64,000 bases of DNA from the human T2T-CHM13v2.0 reference genome, Homo sapiens (GCF_009914755.1 NC_060940.1), one strand, 5' to 3'. Shown: positions 30,912-52,794, counted from the first letter of the stretch. Notes: generated from the letters alone by a model not told the origin. Numbers and translations are program-made.

Positions 30912-31046
30912 TAAAGTTACATGAGAGCAGGTGCCGTGCTTCTCAGTTGCCCTCAGAAGGACGTTTGTTAACTGATACAGTGTTAAGATCTGAACTTCTT
31001 TCTGTAGGAAAGTCCTGTTTTCCCACCAGGGTTTGTGGCTAAGGCC

Positions 31047-38580
<7,534 letters not shown>

Positions 38581-39128
38581 TTTTTTTTTTTTTAATTTAT
38601 ATCTATTGCTGCTGAACAAATTACAGTTTTTTTTTCATATGCATGTATTTGCTGGGGAAAATCTGTATGATGGAGTGGGTGAGGCAGTCAGGTACCAAGA
38701 AAGGCCCCTCACGTGGTGTGTTGGTCCCCCTTTCCCAGCAGGCAGGGGCTCCTGCGAGAGGGGGCTCTGTCAGCTTCTGTGTTACATCACAGGCCTCGTG
38801 CTCTGCTGTGGATGTCAGGAAAGAGTTAGTGGGGTCAGGACCCATCTAGGTTTCCCGTTCTTGGGTATGAGGTACAGTGATTTCCCAGAATTACCTCTGC
38901 CTGTGGCATCCCCCATGAGAATCCATCATGAAGAGCTGGCTGTGTGTGCGGCCATGGTGGGTGCCTCTCCTGGAGCACATGGGTAGGACGGAGTGTGCTG
39001 TGGGCAAGTCTGGCCCCCTCCTGCCCTGCAGCTCCTTAGCCATCCCTAATGGGATTCTTCTTAGTCAATCTCAGAAGTCACCAGTTTAAGCAGCTCTCTC
39101 ACCTGTGTATCATCTGCTCCCCTGTTAA

Positions 39129-39338
<210 letters not shown>

Positions 39339-39486
39339 TGACCAGGACTGGTCAACTTGAATAGCTTAGTGTGGGGCCCTGGGCATGGGCATGTGTGGGA
39401 GGTGCTGGTGCACTGAGGCAAAATGGGTCAGAGGTTTCCAAGGAGAGGGTGGAGGATAACTGGCGTTCCCGTCTTCCTACCAGTAG

Positions 39487-39702
<216 letters not shown>

Positions 39703-41544
39703 TAGGAATAGTCTGCACAGCCTTTTTCTGTACAGTCACCCCCAGAAGAGAATCCCTGATTATTCTGTTTTTAAGGAAGGGTTCTCTCAGGCAAACGTAC
39801 TGGAGAAAGCTGTGTTAGATTCACAAGCCTCCTCCAGTGCATTCCCCTGCCCCCAGATGGAGAGGAGTTCTCTGGAGTGTGGAGACACCTGCTTCTCTGG
39901 GGAGGGGGACCAGGTAGCCGAGCATGGCTGCTCCTGACGGTGCCCACAGGGTGGTGTGTGCACAACCCATGCTCCTTCCACTCTGAGCCTTGTCTTGCTG
40001 CCCCTGCATCACCCAGAATCTCACAGACTCCCCAGGCCTGCCTCCTCTCAGAGTGATTGTAGCTAAGATGTGACTGATCGTTGTCTGTCAGTCCTGCTAA
40101 AGCCTCATTGGACACGTCCAGGCTTCTGTGCCAGCTTTCAGATTTGGACAAACTTTCACTTAGACCTTTGGCAGATGTGATTTTCACTTTGGCTTTAGGG
40201 CCGTGTTGGGGTCCCTAAGACCACCCCAGATGTGGTGACATGCTAGAAGTCATAGGACTCAGTCTATAGTAGCACTCAGGGCTTTATTACCGTTAAAGGA
40301 TACAGCAAAATCAGCCAGGGGAGAAGGCGCATTGGGTCGTGGGGAGACCAGGTCCGTGTTGAACCCTCCCCCAATGGAGCCACATGGGACGCGCTGACTT
40401 CCCCCAGCATCAAGCTGTGACCACGCCTGCCTGATGTTGACCAGGAAGCTCAGGAGAGACTTGGTTCCCAGGGTTTTTGCTGGGGGTGCACAAAGCGTTT
40501 GGGCCCAGGGAGCTGTTTTCTCAAGGAATGGTGGGAACGCTCCCAGAATCACAGTGCCCAGACACTGCCCTTGCGAGCAGGCCTTTCTGAGGACAGCAGT
40601 CAGGCCTGCTGTGTTCAACACTTCTCTACGGGCCAGAAGCATTTCCTAAATATTGTTTTGTCTTTAGTACCCAGTAGTAATTCTAATTAGATGATGACTG
40701 TTTTGATATTTGGAGGGGACCGATTGGAGAGGAGGGAAGTGGAGCACTCAGCCTTTCTCCTCCCTTCCCCTCGGCTGGGCATTCCATTTCCTGTGCAGCC
40801 CCTGGCTTGCCCTCCTCCACTCCAGCACCATGTGGTGTCAGAGGCTGCAGGAACCCATAATAAGTCAGGATAAGGAGGGCCCACGCCCTGGACTTCGCTG
40901 TACCCCCTGAGCCAGGCTGTGGGGTTCCCAGGTAGCGGAGGGATGGCTGGTTACCTGCCATGCACACATCCGGCTAGCTGCTGAGGCTCACCTGCTTCTC
41001 CTGTGTCCAGGGTTCAACTCTGCCACCAACGTCGTGGTGTTGGCTGGCACCAACCGCCCTGACGTCCTGGACCCGGCCCTCATGCGGCCTGGCCGGTTTC
41101 ATCGCCAGATTTACACTGGTGAGTACCCCTTTCTCGGGGTTGGGCCTTTATCCCCTTGGCCAAAAAGTTTGTTTAGGTGATTTGCAGTGTATTTGGAGGG
41201 ATTTTGATAGTAATTCCCAGGCAGTTAATGTAACATTTTGAAAATGTGTGAGAGCCCCAGGTTGCTGCCGTCCGTCCTGCCCCTGGCAATCCACTTTTTG
41301 GCAAGAATATATGTGGTTGGGCCTGCAGGGATGTTGCTGCAACACAGAGAGGTGGGAGGGATGTAACAGATACTTATTCTCCAGCTTTTTTTTTTTTTTC
41401 CCACTACTATAAAAATTTGATAGTCGGCTCAGCATGGTGGCTCACACCTGTAATCCCAGCTCTTTTGGAGGCCGAGGCAGGCAGATCACTATGTCAGGAG
41501 TTTGAGACCAGCCTGGCCCATATGGTGAAACCTTGTCTCTACTA

Positions 41545-41703
<159 letters not shown>

Positions 41704-43049
41704 TCAAAAACAATAAATTATGAAAAAGTAAAAATTGATGATTTAGAAGACAGCAATTTATCCCTTACTCTTCACCCTGACGGTCAGCCATCGTCGCCTT
41801 CCCCCTACCCTCTTGTGTTTGTTAGGAAGCATTAATCCTGTGTGGCCCTCGGCTGAGGGGTTTAGTAGCTGTGGAGGCAGATGTGTGTGTGGCCTGGCTG
41901 GTTTCTGCCATTGCTTCCAGCTGTGTCTGGAGGATGACAGCAGAGACCTCCACAGGGACCCCAGCTGTCCTTGCAGTTCTGTGGTATGGTTGTGGGTGAC
42001 TGTTCTGAAGACCCAGAAAGCACAAGAGCCCATGCTTCTTTCTCTGTTTTTCATTAGGTCCCCCTTACATTAAAGGCAGGTCCTCCATCTTTAAGGTCCA
42101 CCTGCGCCCACTGAAGCTGGACAAGAGCCTCAATAAGGACACCCTGGCGAGGAAGCTGGCAGTGCTCACCCCAGGCTTCCCTGGTGAGTGCTGCGGGCTG
42201 TGCTGTTCCCCGTGGTGGGAGCCATGTGTGCTCTGCTCCTTGTCATGGGGGGTGGTGACTGGCCGTTCTCATTCAGTTCTGGCAGTGCTCACCCTTGTCT
42301 GCAGGACTTTTCGCCTGTTGAGAGTGTTCAGAGGCCTCAGAGATCAGTTTCTTAGCCCCAAAACTAATTTGTACCCACTTGAATTTCTGTCTTAATTAAA
42401 GTCAGACTTAGTGAGTCTTACTGCAGAGCTGACAGTAATGTCCCAGGGGGAGAATCTGGCAACCTGATGCTTCCCGCAGCGTTTCTGCCTGGGGCTTGCC
42501 CTCCCTGCTGAGGAAGCTCGTTTGCTTTTCTCTCTTCTTTTCAATGAAATCCTGGTCTATGCTAGGAAACCTACTTCCCTGCCTAGGCGGGATCACCCTC
42601 AGGAATGAGTGGGGACTTTTCCAGGGAGATGCCTGTTCTTTTCACCCATGCTCCGCAGCTCTTTGCTGCGTCAGTACCTCATGGTTATGTGGCCATTGGC
42701 CACGGCTTCTGACCTATGCCCGCCGGCTCCTGCCACCCCTGGAACATTCTGCTGTGGCATCTTATCACCTCCAGCTGCCTTGGCGCCCCCAGTGGTACCC
42801 GTCCCCTGGCTCCCCACAGTGTCCTGCCTAGTGTCAGGTCACGTGTATTCACACAGGATTGTACGTTTGCCTGCTGCAGGATGGTGAGTGAGGTCTTGGC
42901 TGGCAGGTATCTGAAAGGTGTCATCTGTCTTAGACACAAAATGTGCTTCCTCCCTTTTGTTCTCTCCTCTGGCTGACTTCAGATGTCTGTTTACATACCA
43001 AAGTTAAAAAGCTGGAATGTTACCAAGACTGCTTTCTTCTGCCCATAGA

Positions 43050-44430
43050 CGGGGATGACTCAGCACTACCCCTCAACAGAGATGACTTTGATGACTCTGC
43101 CCCTCAGCAGGGCTTACTAAGCACTACCCCTTAACAGGGATGACTCCACACTGCCCCTCAACAGGGATGACTCAGCAGAGATGACTCAGCACTGTCCCTT
43201 AGCAGGGATGACACAGCAAGGATGATTCAGCACTGCCCCTCAGCAAGGATGACTCAGCACTGCCGCTCAACAGACATGACTCAGGGATGGCTTAGTACTG
43301 CCCCTCAGCAGGGATGACTCAGCACCGCCTCTCAACAGGGATGACTCAGCAGGGATGACTCAGCACCGCCCCTCAACAGGCATGACTCTGCAGAGATGAC
43401 TCAGCACTGTCCCTTAGCAGGGATGACACAGCAAGGATGACTCAGCACTGCCCCTCAGCAAGGATGACTCAGCACTGCCGCTCAACAGGGATGACTCAGG
43501 GATGGCTTAGTACTGCCCCTCAACAGGGATGACTCAGCAGGGATGACTCAGCACCGCCCCTCAACAGGCATGACTCTGCAGAGATGACTTAGTACTGCCC
43601 CTCAGCAGGGATGACTCAGTACTGCCCCTCAGCAGGGATGACTCAGCACTGCCCCTCAACAGGGATGACTCAGCAGGGATGACTCAGCACTGTCCCTTAG
43701 CAGTGATGACACAGCAAGGATGACTCAGCACTGCCCCTCAGCAAGGATGACTCAGCACTGCCGCTCAACAGACATGACTCAGGGATGGCTTAGTACTGCC
43801 CCTCAGCAGGGATGACTCAGCACCGCCCCTCAACAGGGATGACTCAGCACTGCCCCTCAACAGGGATGACTCAGCAGGGATGACTCAGCACTGTCCCTTA
43901 GCAGCGATGACACAGCAAGGATGACTCAGCACTGCCCCTCACCAAGGATGACTCAGCACTGCCGCTCAACAGACATGACTCAGGGATGGCTTAGTACTGC
44001 CCCTCAGCAGGGATGACTCAGCAGGGATGACTCAGCACCACCCCTCAACAGGGATGACTCAGCAGGGATGACTCAGCACTGCCCCTCAACAGGGATGACT
44101 GCAGGGATGACTCAGCACTGCCCCTCAGCAGGGATGACTCAGCACTGCCCCTCAGCAGGGATGACTCAGCAGGGATGACTCAGCACCGCCCCTCAACAGG
44201 CATGACTCTGCAGAGATGACTCAGCACTGCCCCTCAGCAGGGATGGCTCAGCAGGGATGACTCAGCATTGCCCCTCAACAGGGATGACTCAGCAGACTCA
44301 GCAGGGATGACTCAGCACTGCCCCTCAACAGACATGACTCAGCAGGGATGACTCAGCACCACCCCTCAGCAAGGATGACTCAGCAGGGATGATTCAGCAG
44401 AGATAACTCGGGGATGACTCTGATTGTCCT
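43050..44430. repeat. Minisatellite of 14-bp GGGATGACTCAGCA and 13-bp CTGCCCCTCARCA monomers (ARE/AP-1 array)
   Basis: About 38 perfect ATGACTCAGCA copies counted by eye; higher-order block marker CTGTCCCTTAGCA at 43192, 43407, 43690, 43891. Confidence 0.95.
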
Positions 44431-44454
44431 TCAGCAGGGATGAGTCTGTTTTGC

Positions 44455-44906
44455 TCCGATGGAAGCATCTGTAGTGTCCATCAGCAGGTGAATGGCCAAA
44501 GTGGTATATACTGTAGTCACATTCAGCTATAAAAAGGAATAAAGTATCGATGCATGCCACAACATGGGTGAACCTAGAAAATACTGATCTAAATGCAAGA
44601 AGCCAGGCACAAAAGGCCACATAGTATATGTTCCCATTTATGTGAAATGTGCAGAATAATAATAAAAATGTATAGAATAGCAAATCTGTAGGGACAGACA
44701 TGAGGTGAGTGGTTGCCAGAAGTGGAAATGGGAGTTAACTATAAATTGCACAGGGTACCTTACAGAGATGATGGAAATGTCCTAAAACTAGATTATGGCA
44801 ATAGTTGCACTACGTGATCAGTTTATTAAAAATCGTTGATGTGTGTGTGTAAAATGGGTGGATTTTATGGTTTATAAATTATACCTTAATAAAGGTTAAC
44901 AAAAAA
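44455..44906 (+). mobile_element. Old L1 (L1MB/L1ME-like) 3' end with AATAAA at 44888
   Basis: Resembles the L1M 3'UTR consensus (gaagccaggcacaaaaggccacatagtatatgttcccatttatgtgaaatgt...gtggttgccag...gatggaaatgtcctaaaactaga) and ends in aataaa...aaaaaa; subfamily not determined. Confidence 0.75.
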
Positions 44907-45242
44907 TGTGGCTAAATAGTGGTGACTGATGGACACCTCCCATTACCTTTAAGTTCTCTACTGAAGTTCAGCCTTGGCCTCTCTGCTGGAGATTTTCCTT
45001 AACAACTGATCTGGGTCAAGCTCCAGCGGCCAGGAGCAGCACTGACTGTTGGCTATTCCTTCCTGGGTCTGGTGCTGATATTTCGAATGTTTGCAATGAA
45101 GCAGCCCTGATTGCTGCCTGGCATCTGAGTTCTTCTGTTCAGGAGAAACACTTTCAGCAGGCCATTGAGAGGGTCATCGGAGGTGAGCCTGGGAGCCCTT
45201 AGGGAGGGAGGGGTGTTTGCAGCTCTGGGCCTGGCAGGCTCA

Positions 45243-45832
<590 letters not shown>

Positions 45833-45899
45833 TCAGGACAGTACTGTTGTGAAAGGAGTGAACAAAGTGAATTTCCTTTTTTCCTTTTTTTTTTTTTGA

Positions 45900-46004
<105 letters not shown>

Positions 46005-46601
46005 TGAGTAGCTGGGATTACGGTCACGTAGCACCACACCTGGCTAATTTTTGTATTGTTAGTAGAGATGGGGTTTCGCCATTTTGGTCAGGCTGGTCTC
46101 GAACTCCTGACCTCAGGTGATCTGCCCACCTCGGCCTCCCAAAGTGTTGGGATTACAGGTGCGAGCCACTGTGCCCAGCCTTACAGTGCATTTGCTTTAG
46201 CTTGGTGGGGAGCAGTATCCGTCTCTGTCTTCAGCTCAGCAGACTGTAGAGTGGGCTGGATCACACAGCCTCCTGCAGCTTAGGGAACTGGAGTCAGCTG
46301 TGAGGAAGGGTCTCCTGGGGCTGCCAGACCAGGCAATGCCAACACGGTCTTGCTTGGCCTGGCTCTCCCTGGTGCTGTTCTGAGGGTGGAGAATAGGGAG
46401 GTGGCCAGTAGCCATCCTTCATGGTCCACCCTAAGCTGTGAGAGCTGACGTTGGTCAGGTGGAAGAGCATTCTAGCTGCTGCTGCTTTATTTAACCATTT
46501 ATCGAAGTATAATGTATACATAAAGTACTTATGATATCGAGTATCCCAAAGCAAACACCAAAGGTGCTTTTTTTTTTTTTTTTTTGTCTGAAATGAAGTG
46601 A

Positions 46602-46784
<183 letters not shown>

Positions 46785-49700
46785 TAGCCAGGATGGTCTC
46801 GAACTCCTGACCTCGTGATCTGCCTGCCTTGGCCTCCCAAAGTGTTGGGATTGCAGGTGTGAGCCACTGCTCCCAGCCCAAAGCTACTTATTTTTATTTA
46901 ACTTGAAAAAATTTTAAAAAATTTTATAGAGGTGGGGTCTTGCTATGTAGCCCAGGCTGGTCTCAATCTCCTGAGTTCAAGTGATTCTCCTACCTTGGCC
47001 TCCAAAGTTCTAGGATTCCAGGTGTGGTCACTGTGTCCTGCCACCAGAGCCTCCTGAGGGCTGTCCTGGTGTGATTAGAGGGCTCTGAGCAGGGCCAGCT
47101 GTGCCATCTGTGCTTTTCCTTTGTCCTGTTACCTACCCTTGCACTGGGCCGTTAGGGCACTGAGATCATCCCTCTCCATCCTGTCATGCTGTGCTGTCAT
47201 CTTTAGTCAAGCCAGAGGATATGGTGCTTCGCTGTGTTTCACACACAGCTGTTCCCATTGGCTTCAAATGGGCCTGTTTAGTTAAGGCTTTGTGTGAAGT
47301 ATGTGGGAAGTGGGTTTCACTTTCAAGAAGGCAGCATGGAGCTGGGGCTTGGCCTCTGCTGTCTGGTATAGAGGAGCCTGGGGATCAGGTGTAGCTGCAG
47401 ACACAGCTGGGCGCAGAGGGAGTGGCCTCATTTCCCAGCCACCTACTCCTGCCGTGCCTCACTCGCCGGGGAATGTGATGTGTAGGTCTTGAGAAGAAGG
47501 CCCAGGTCCTGCAGCCCGGTGAAAAGACAACTGTGGCCTACCACGAGGCCGGACACGTGGTGGTAGGCTGGTTCTTGGAGCACGTGGACCCCCTGCTGAA
47601 GGTTGGTCCTCCCACCCTGAGTGAGTCCACCTGGCAGGCTTGGGCCTGGTATCTCTGGGCCAACCTGTGGTCATGTGGGCATGGTACATTCAAGGATTGG
47701 CCCTTTAGCTTTTTAAGGAATAAACTGCTCTAGAATTTGTCAAAAGATCCCTTCGGGGTGGGAAAGCAGGGCAGTGGGTTCCAAATGGGGCCTTGGCCAT
47801 GCGACTCCAGGGAGCAGCCTCAGTGTTAAACCCGCCTGACTCCTGAGCTCTGGATTCGACCGTTGGCCTCTCCAGAGACTCTGCAGGGTGGGCAGAGCGT
47901 AGGTGGTTTCCACGTGAAGCTCCCAAAGGCGGGTGCACTTCTTGGGGCATCCCCATGGTGTATGGGGGGCCTGGGTCAGGCTGTCTTCTCTCCTGTTCCA
48001 GTAGAAGGACCTGTGGTCAGAGCTAGGGTCAGGTGGCCTGGCCGCTCCAGGGTGGCTCCTGGAGGAAGTGGGGACAGTGTTTGGGGTGATGAGGGCATGT
48101 GTCCTGTCCTCAGGTGTCCATCATACCCCAGGGCAAGGGGCTCCGCTACGCACAGTACCTGCCCCGGGAGCAGCAGCTCTACACCCAGGAGCAGCTCTTC
48201 GACCGCACGTGCATGATGCTCGGGGGCCGGGTAGCCGAGCAGCTGTGCTCCGGGTAGATCACTATGGGGGCTCAGGACGACCTGAGGAAGGTCACCCAGA
48301 GTGCCTACGCCCAGGTAAGGGTGGGCATCCCCCGGCACGGGCCGCAGGAGGCTCTGTTGGGCGCAGGCTCATCCTGGGTTCCGCACTGGCAGGTTGTGCA
48401 GTTTGGGGTGAGTGAGAAGCTGGGCCAGGTGTCCTTCGACTTTTCCCGACACGGCAAGACCCTGGTGGAGAAGCTGTACGGCGAGGCAAGCGCCCAGCTC
48501 CTTGATGACGAGGTCCGGCACCTCGTCAGTGCCACCTACAGGTGCACCCTGGACCTGCTGACACGGTGCCGGGAGCATGTGGAGAAGGTGAGTGTGGCCT
48601 CTGCCCAGACAGGTCGTGGGTCCCATGTTGAGTCACGGTCATGCCACACCCGAAGGCCACACCCGTCCTTCAGCTTGCTTAGGTTTGGGCTGTGATCATG
48701 TCCTCAGAGCCGTCTGACAGGTGGGCCGTTGTTTCCAGGTGGGCCAGCGGCTCCTGGAGAAGGAAGTACTGGAGAAGGCAGACATGGTGGAGCTGCTGGG
48801 CCCCCGGCCCTTCTCGGCGAAGTCTACCTATGAGGAGTTTGTAGAGGGCGTGGGCAGCCTGGAGGAGGACACATCCCTTCCCGAGGGGCTGAAGGGTTGG
48901 AACCGCGGACAGGAGGAGGAAGATGTGGAGAGCAGCCTGTGCAGGGGGCTCTGTGTAGCCTGTGGCGGTCGCCTGCACCTGCTGCTGGGTGGAGTTGGGG
49001 TGACTGCCACTTACCTGGGGCCTTGGCAAAGCAGCTGCGGAATCTCACCCAAAACAAATTAAAACGTGACAACTGTGAATGGGTGTTTTAGATGAGGGTG
49101 CTCTGAGCCCACATGCAGGGAGTAGGAGTGGGAGTGGGCAGAGGGGGTACCCTGAGTCCCTGGGCCCTCCCGCTGGAGGACAGTCGGGTCCAGGCTTAGA
49201 CGGGAGAGGCCCCAGGGCTCTGGCCCCTGTGGTGCTGAGGAAGGCACGACTGTAGCTTCGAGAGGGGCTTGCGTGGGACACCTTGGAGACACCAGGCCTT
49301 CCTGGGGCCTCCGTGGAGGAGCGTTGATATGGTCATAAAGACACTCGGAGGAGCCTGGGTCCAGCACAGAAACCCTCACCGTTTGGTAGAATTCAGAAGA
49401 GGAGAACGTCAGCCAGGCATCAAGGGGAAGTCAGGGTTCTAAAGCAGCTGTTTGGATCGGTAGAAGCCGATCTGCTGTTCTGTCCTTAGAAAGGAAAAAG
49501 CCCACACCACCCACAGGTGCATGGCTGAGGGAGGAGGTGGAGCTGTGGGGCCTCACACCTGGGTTCCCCATCAGGGCACCCCCCGCCACCCCTGCCTGCG
49601 CCTTGGCTCTGTGGCAGCACTGCTGAGTGTGAGGGAATTGAGTTGCTTAGAAAACCTGGCCCCTGTCCTTGGCTGGAGGTGCTTTCACTGCGGGATGTGT

Positions 49701-51516
49701 CTGGATCGTCAGTTCTGTTCCTGTGACCCCTTTTTGTTGGAGTCTTGGAGCGGGAAGCTCTGCAGGGCCCCAGCCGGCTCAGGGGTGTTTGTGGAGAGAC
49801 TGTGGTCCTGAAGCCCCAGCACATGGCTGCCCCTGGCCCTGGTACCTGTTCGTGAACACTTTTCCTGGGGTTGGGTAGCTCCTAATTTTTATTAGGAAGG
49901 CCCCTTCTGGGCTCTGAGCTTCAGGCCCTTTGGCGCCTTGTACTGAGGGAGGGTTTGCTTTTTCTTGTCTGGGGTGTGTGGGACTCGATGAGGATGCCCC
50001 GTGTGCTTTCTGCAGCACACGACCTGCCTCCAGGACTCGCTGGGGTCAGCAACAGCAGGGCAGTGTCAGCCTCAACCACTGCCTTGGGGTGGGTGGATGC
50101 GTGTCTAGGTCACCTGGGATGAGACCTGGGGAAGACGCCCATTTGCATATGTCCTGGGTGAGCGGCCGGAGGAGGAGGCCCTGCTTGTGGGTCAGCTGGG
50201 ATGGGACCTGGGAAGATGCCCGTTTGCAGATGTCCTGGGTGAACAGCGGGAGGAGGAGGCCCTGCTTGCTGCCCCGGGCACTGTTTGTTCTCAGCCTCTC
50301 TCTCGACCTAGGCCAGATCAGACACTGGGGCTTTGTAGTATATTTTATAAATCGCTTGTTATGTTGGCCTCGGAGCCTCAAAAATATAATTTCCAACTGG
50401 GGGTGAACACTTTCAACTTTTGCTGTTTATAAAATGCATATCATTGGACTCAAAAACTCTCCAGCACTCAACCTTCATCATGGCCTCCACCAGACCCAGA
50501 GTAGCTGAGCCCCTTGGGGTCCGGTTGGGGCCTGGTCTTAGGTCCCTCAGATGGAGGTGGGGGTGCTTCCTCAACCCCAGCAGGCCCTGTGACATGGCAG
50601 CATCGGTGGCCTCCGGGATGCAGGGTGGTCACGGGCTGTGGAAAGTCATGGCCCTCGCTCCACCGTGGTTCCCTCCAACACCCCGGGAGAGCCTGGGTGT
50701 CCCTCTTGTCACCTCCCAGACGGCTGCACGTGCCTGGGGTCCTTCATGATGATCTGGGCGTGGGATCCTTGTGCCTCCCCCACTGGGCTGTTCCCTCCAG
50801 ACCTGTGTTCTCGGCGCCTGCCTTCACCCTCAACTTTTCAGGGCTGTCAGGCGCCTTTCCCGCAGCCTTCCCGCACGTATCCTTTACAAGCCGGTCCTTA
50901 TGTAACTCTGGAGCCATCTCACCCCCTGAATCAGACACACTATTTTCCGTGGTCTTTTCCCAGCTGTCCTGAGCATGACCTGCAGTTTGCCTCATCAGCC
51001 TGTCGATGGTGGCTCAGCTGCACCTTTGCTGAGAAGCACCATCGGCCCAGCAGAGTGACACCTGCGGGCACTGCTGTCTGTGCTGTAGCGGTCTGTGCAC
51101 CCTGCAGGGACACGAGCCTTCAGCCCCTGTATTTCTCAGCCTGCCTGCCTCCCTCCCTCTGCCAGAAGGGAAGGTGGAATGGGGTGGAATGCGTGTACCT
51201 GCCAGTAGCTGTGCACCCTTCCCAGAAGATACATCACTGACTGAGGCCGTTTCTGGGTCCATGGTCATAGGACACCTTGCTGAGAATTTTCATGTAGGGG
51301 AGGTCCAGGCTTCTCCCCTCAGAGCCCAGCACGGAAACACACAGAGACCCGTGGGCCTGGCAGAAGGCATGTCAGCCCTGGTCAGGCTCCATGGCCACCC
51401 CATTTCATGAGTAATGACAGTGGGCAGGAGTTTTGGCCTCATCTGGTACCTCCCCAGGACCAGTGCCAGTGGCCTCTGGGACAGGAGTGTGTTGAGAGCG
51501 ACTCCGTTGCTGGGGA

Positions 51517-52560
51517 GTGAATCCCTCCCCTGGCCTGGGCCACCTTTACCAGCACGTGGGGTGGGATTCTGTGACTCCCTCCCCCGGCCTGGGCTACATT
51601 TACATGCACGTGGGGTGGGACTTCTATGACTCCCTCCCCCGGCCCGGGCTACCTTTACATGCACGTGCGGTGGGACTTCTATGACTCCTTCCCCCGGCCC
51701 GGGCTACCTTTACATGCACGTGCGGTGGGACTTCTGTGATTCCCTCCCCCAGCCCGGGCCACCTTTACGTGCACGTGGGGCGGGACTTCTATGACTCCCT
51801 CCCCCGGCCCGGGCCACCTTTACGTGCACGTGGGGCGGGACTTCTGTGACTCCCTCCCCCGGCCCGGGCCACCTTTACGTGCACGTGGGGTGGGACTTCT
51901 ATGACTCCTTCCCCCGGCCCGGGCTACCTTTACATGCACGTGCGGTGGGACTTCTGTGATTCCCTCCCCCGGCCCGGGCTACCTTTATATGCACGTGGGG
52001 TGGGACTTCTGTGACTCCCTCCCCTGGCCCGGGCCACCTTTACGTGCACGTGGGGCGGGACTTCTGTGACTCCCTCCCCTGGCCCGGGCCACCTTTACGT
52101 GCACGTGGGGCGGGACTTCTTTGACTCCCTCCCCTGGCCCGGGCCACCTTTACGTGCACGTGGGGTGGGACTTCTGTGACTCCCTCCCCTGCCCCGGGCC
52201 ACCTTTACGTGCACGTGGGGCGGGACTTCTGTGACTCCCTCCCCTGGCCCGGGCTACCTTTACGTGCACGTGGAGCGGGACTTCTGTGACTCCCTCCCCT
52301 GGCCTGGGCCACCTTTACGTGCACGTGGGGCGGGACTTCTGTGACTCCCTCCCCTGGCCCGGGCTACCTTTACGTGCACGTGGGGTGGGACTTCTGTAAC
52401 TCCCTCCCCTGGCCCAGGCCACCTTTACGTGCAACGTGGGGCGGGACTTCTGTGACTCCCTCCCCCAGCCTGGGCTACCTTTACATGCACGTGGGGTGGG
52501 ACTTCTGTGACTCCCTCCCCCAGCCTGGGCTACCTTTACGTGCACGTGGGGCGGGACTTT
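51517..52560. repeat. 55-bp VNTR, 19 copies (GACTCCCTCCCCYGGCCCGGGCYACCTTTACRTGCACGTGGGGYGGGACTTCTGT)
   Basis: Period 55 (e.g. 51793 to 51848); lies between the AFG3L1P and DBNDD1 3' ends. Confidence 0.95.
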
Positions 52561-52794
52561 CACTTCTTTAATGATTCCTTCTGTTGTGTGACTTTGGGAC
52601 TGGAAATCCAGGTCACTCATCCCCCACATGTGACCCAAGTGAGCACAGCAGAGCCCTCAGGCTGCTGCAGCTGGAGAATGGTCCGGGCACGGAGCCCAGG
52701 GCAGCTCAGCTCACAACCCCTCAGCAGGCACCTCGTTCACTCTGCTATTGGAAAGGAAGAGACTGTGGCCAGGCCTTCGAATGCGCAGTGATGC

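Noticed and set aside
43150-44340. CTCF-like motif in the 13-bp spacer monomer (reverse strand CCTGCTGAGGGGCAGTG)
   Set aside because: Several mismatches at core positions; cannot be supported without a PWM scan
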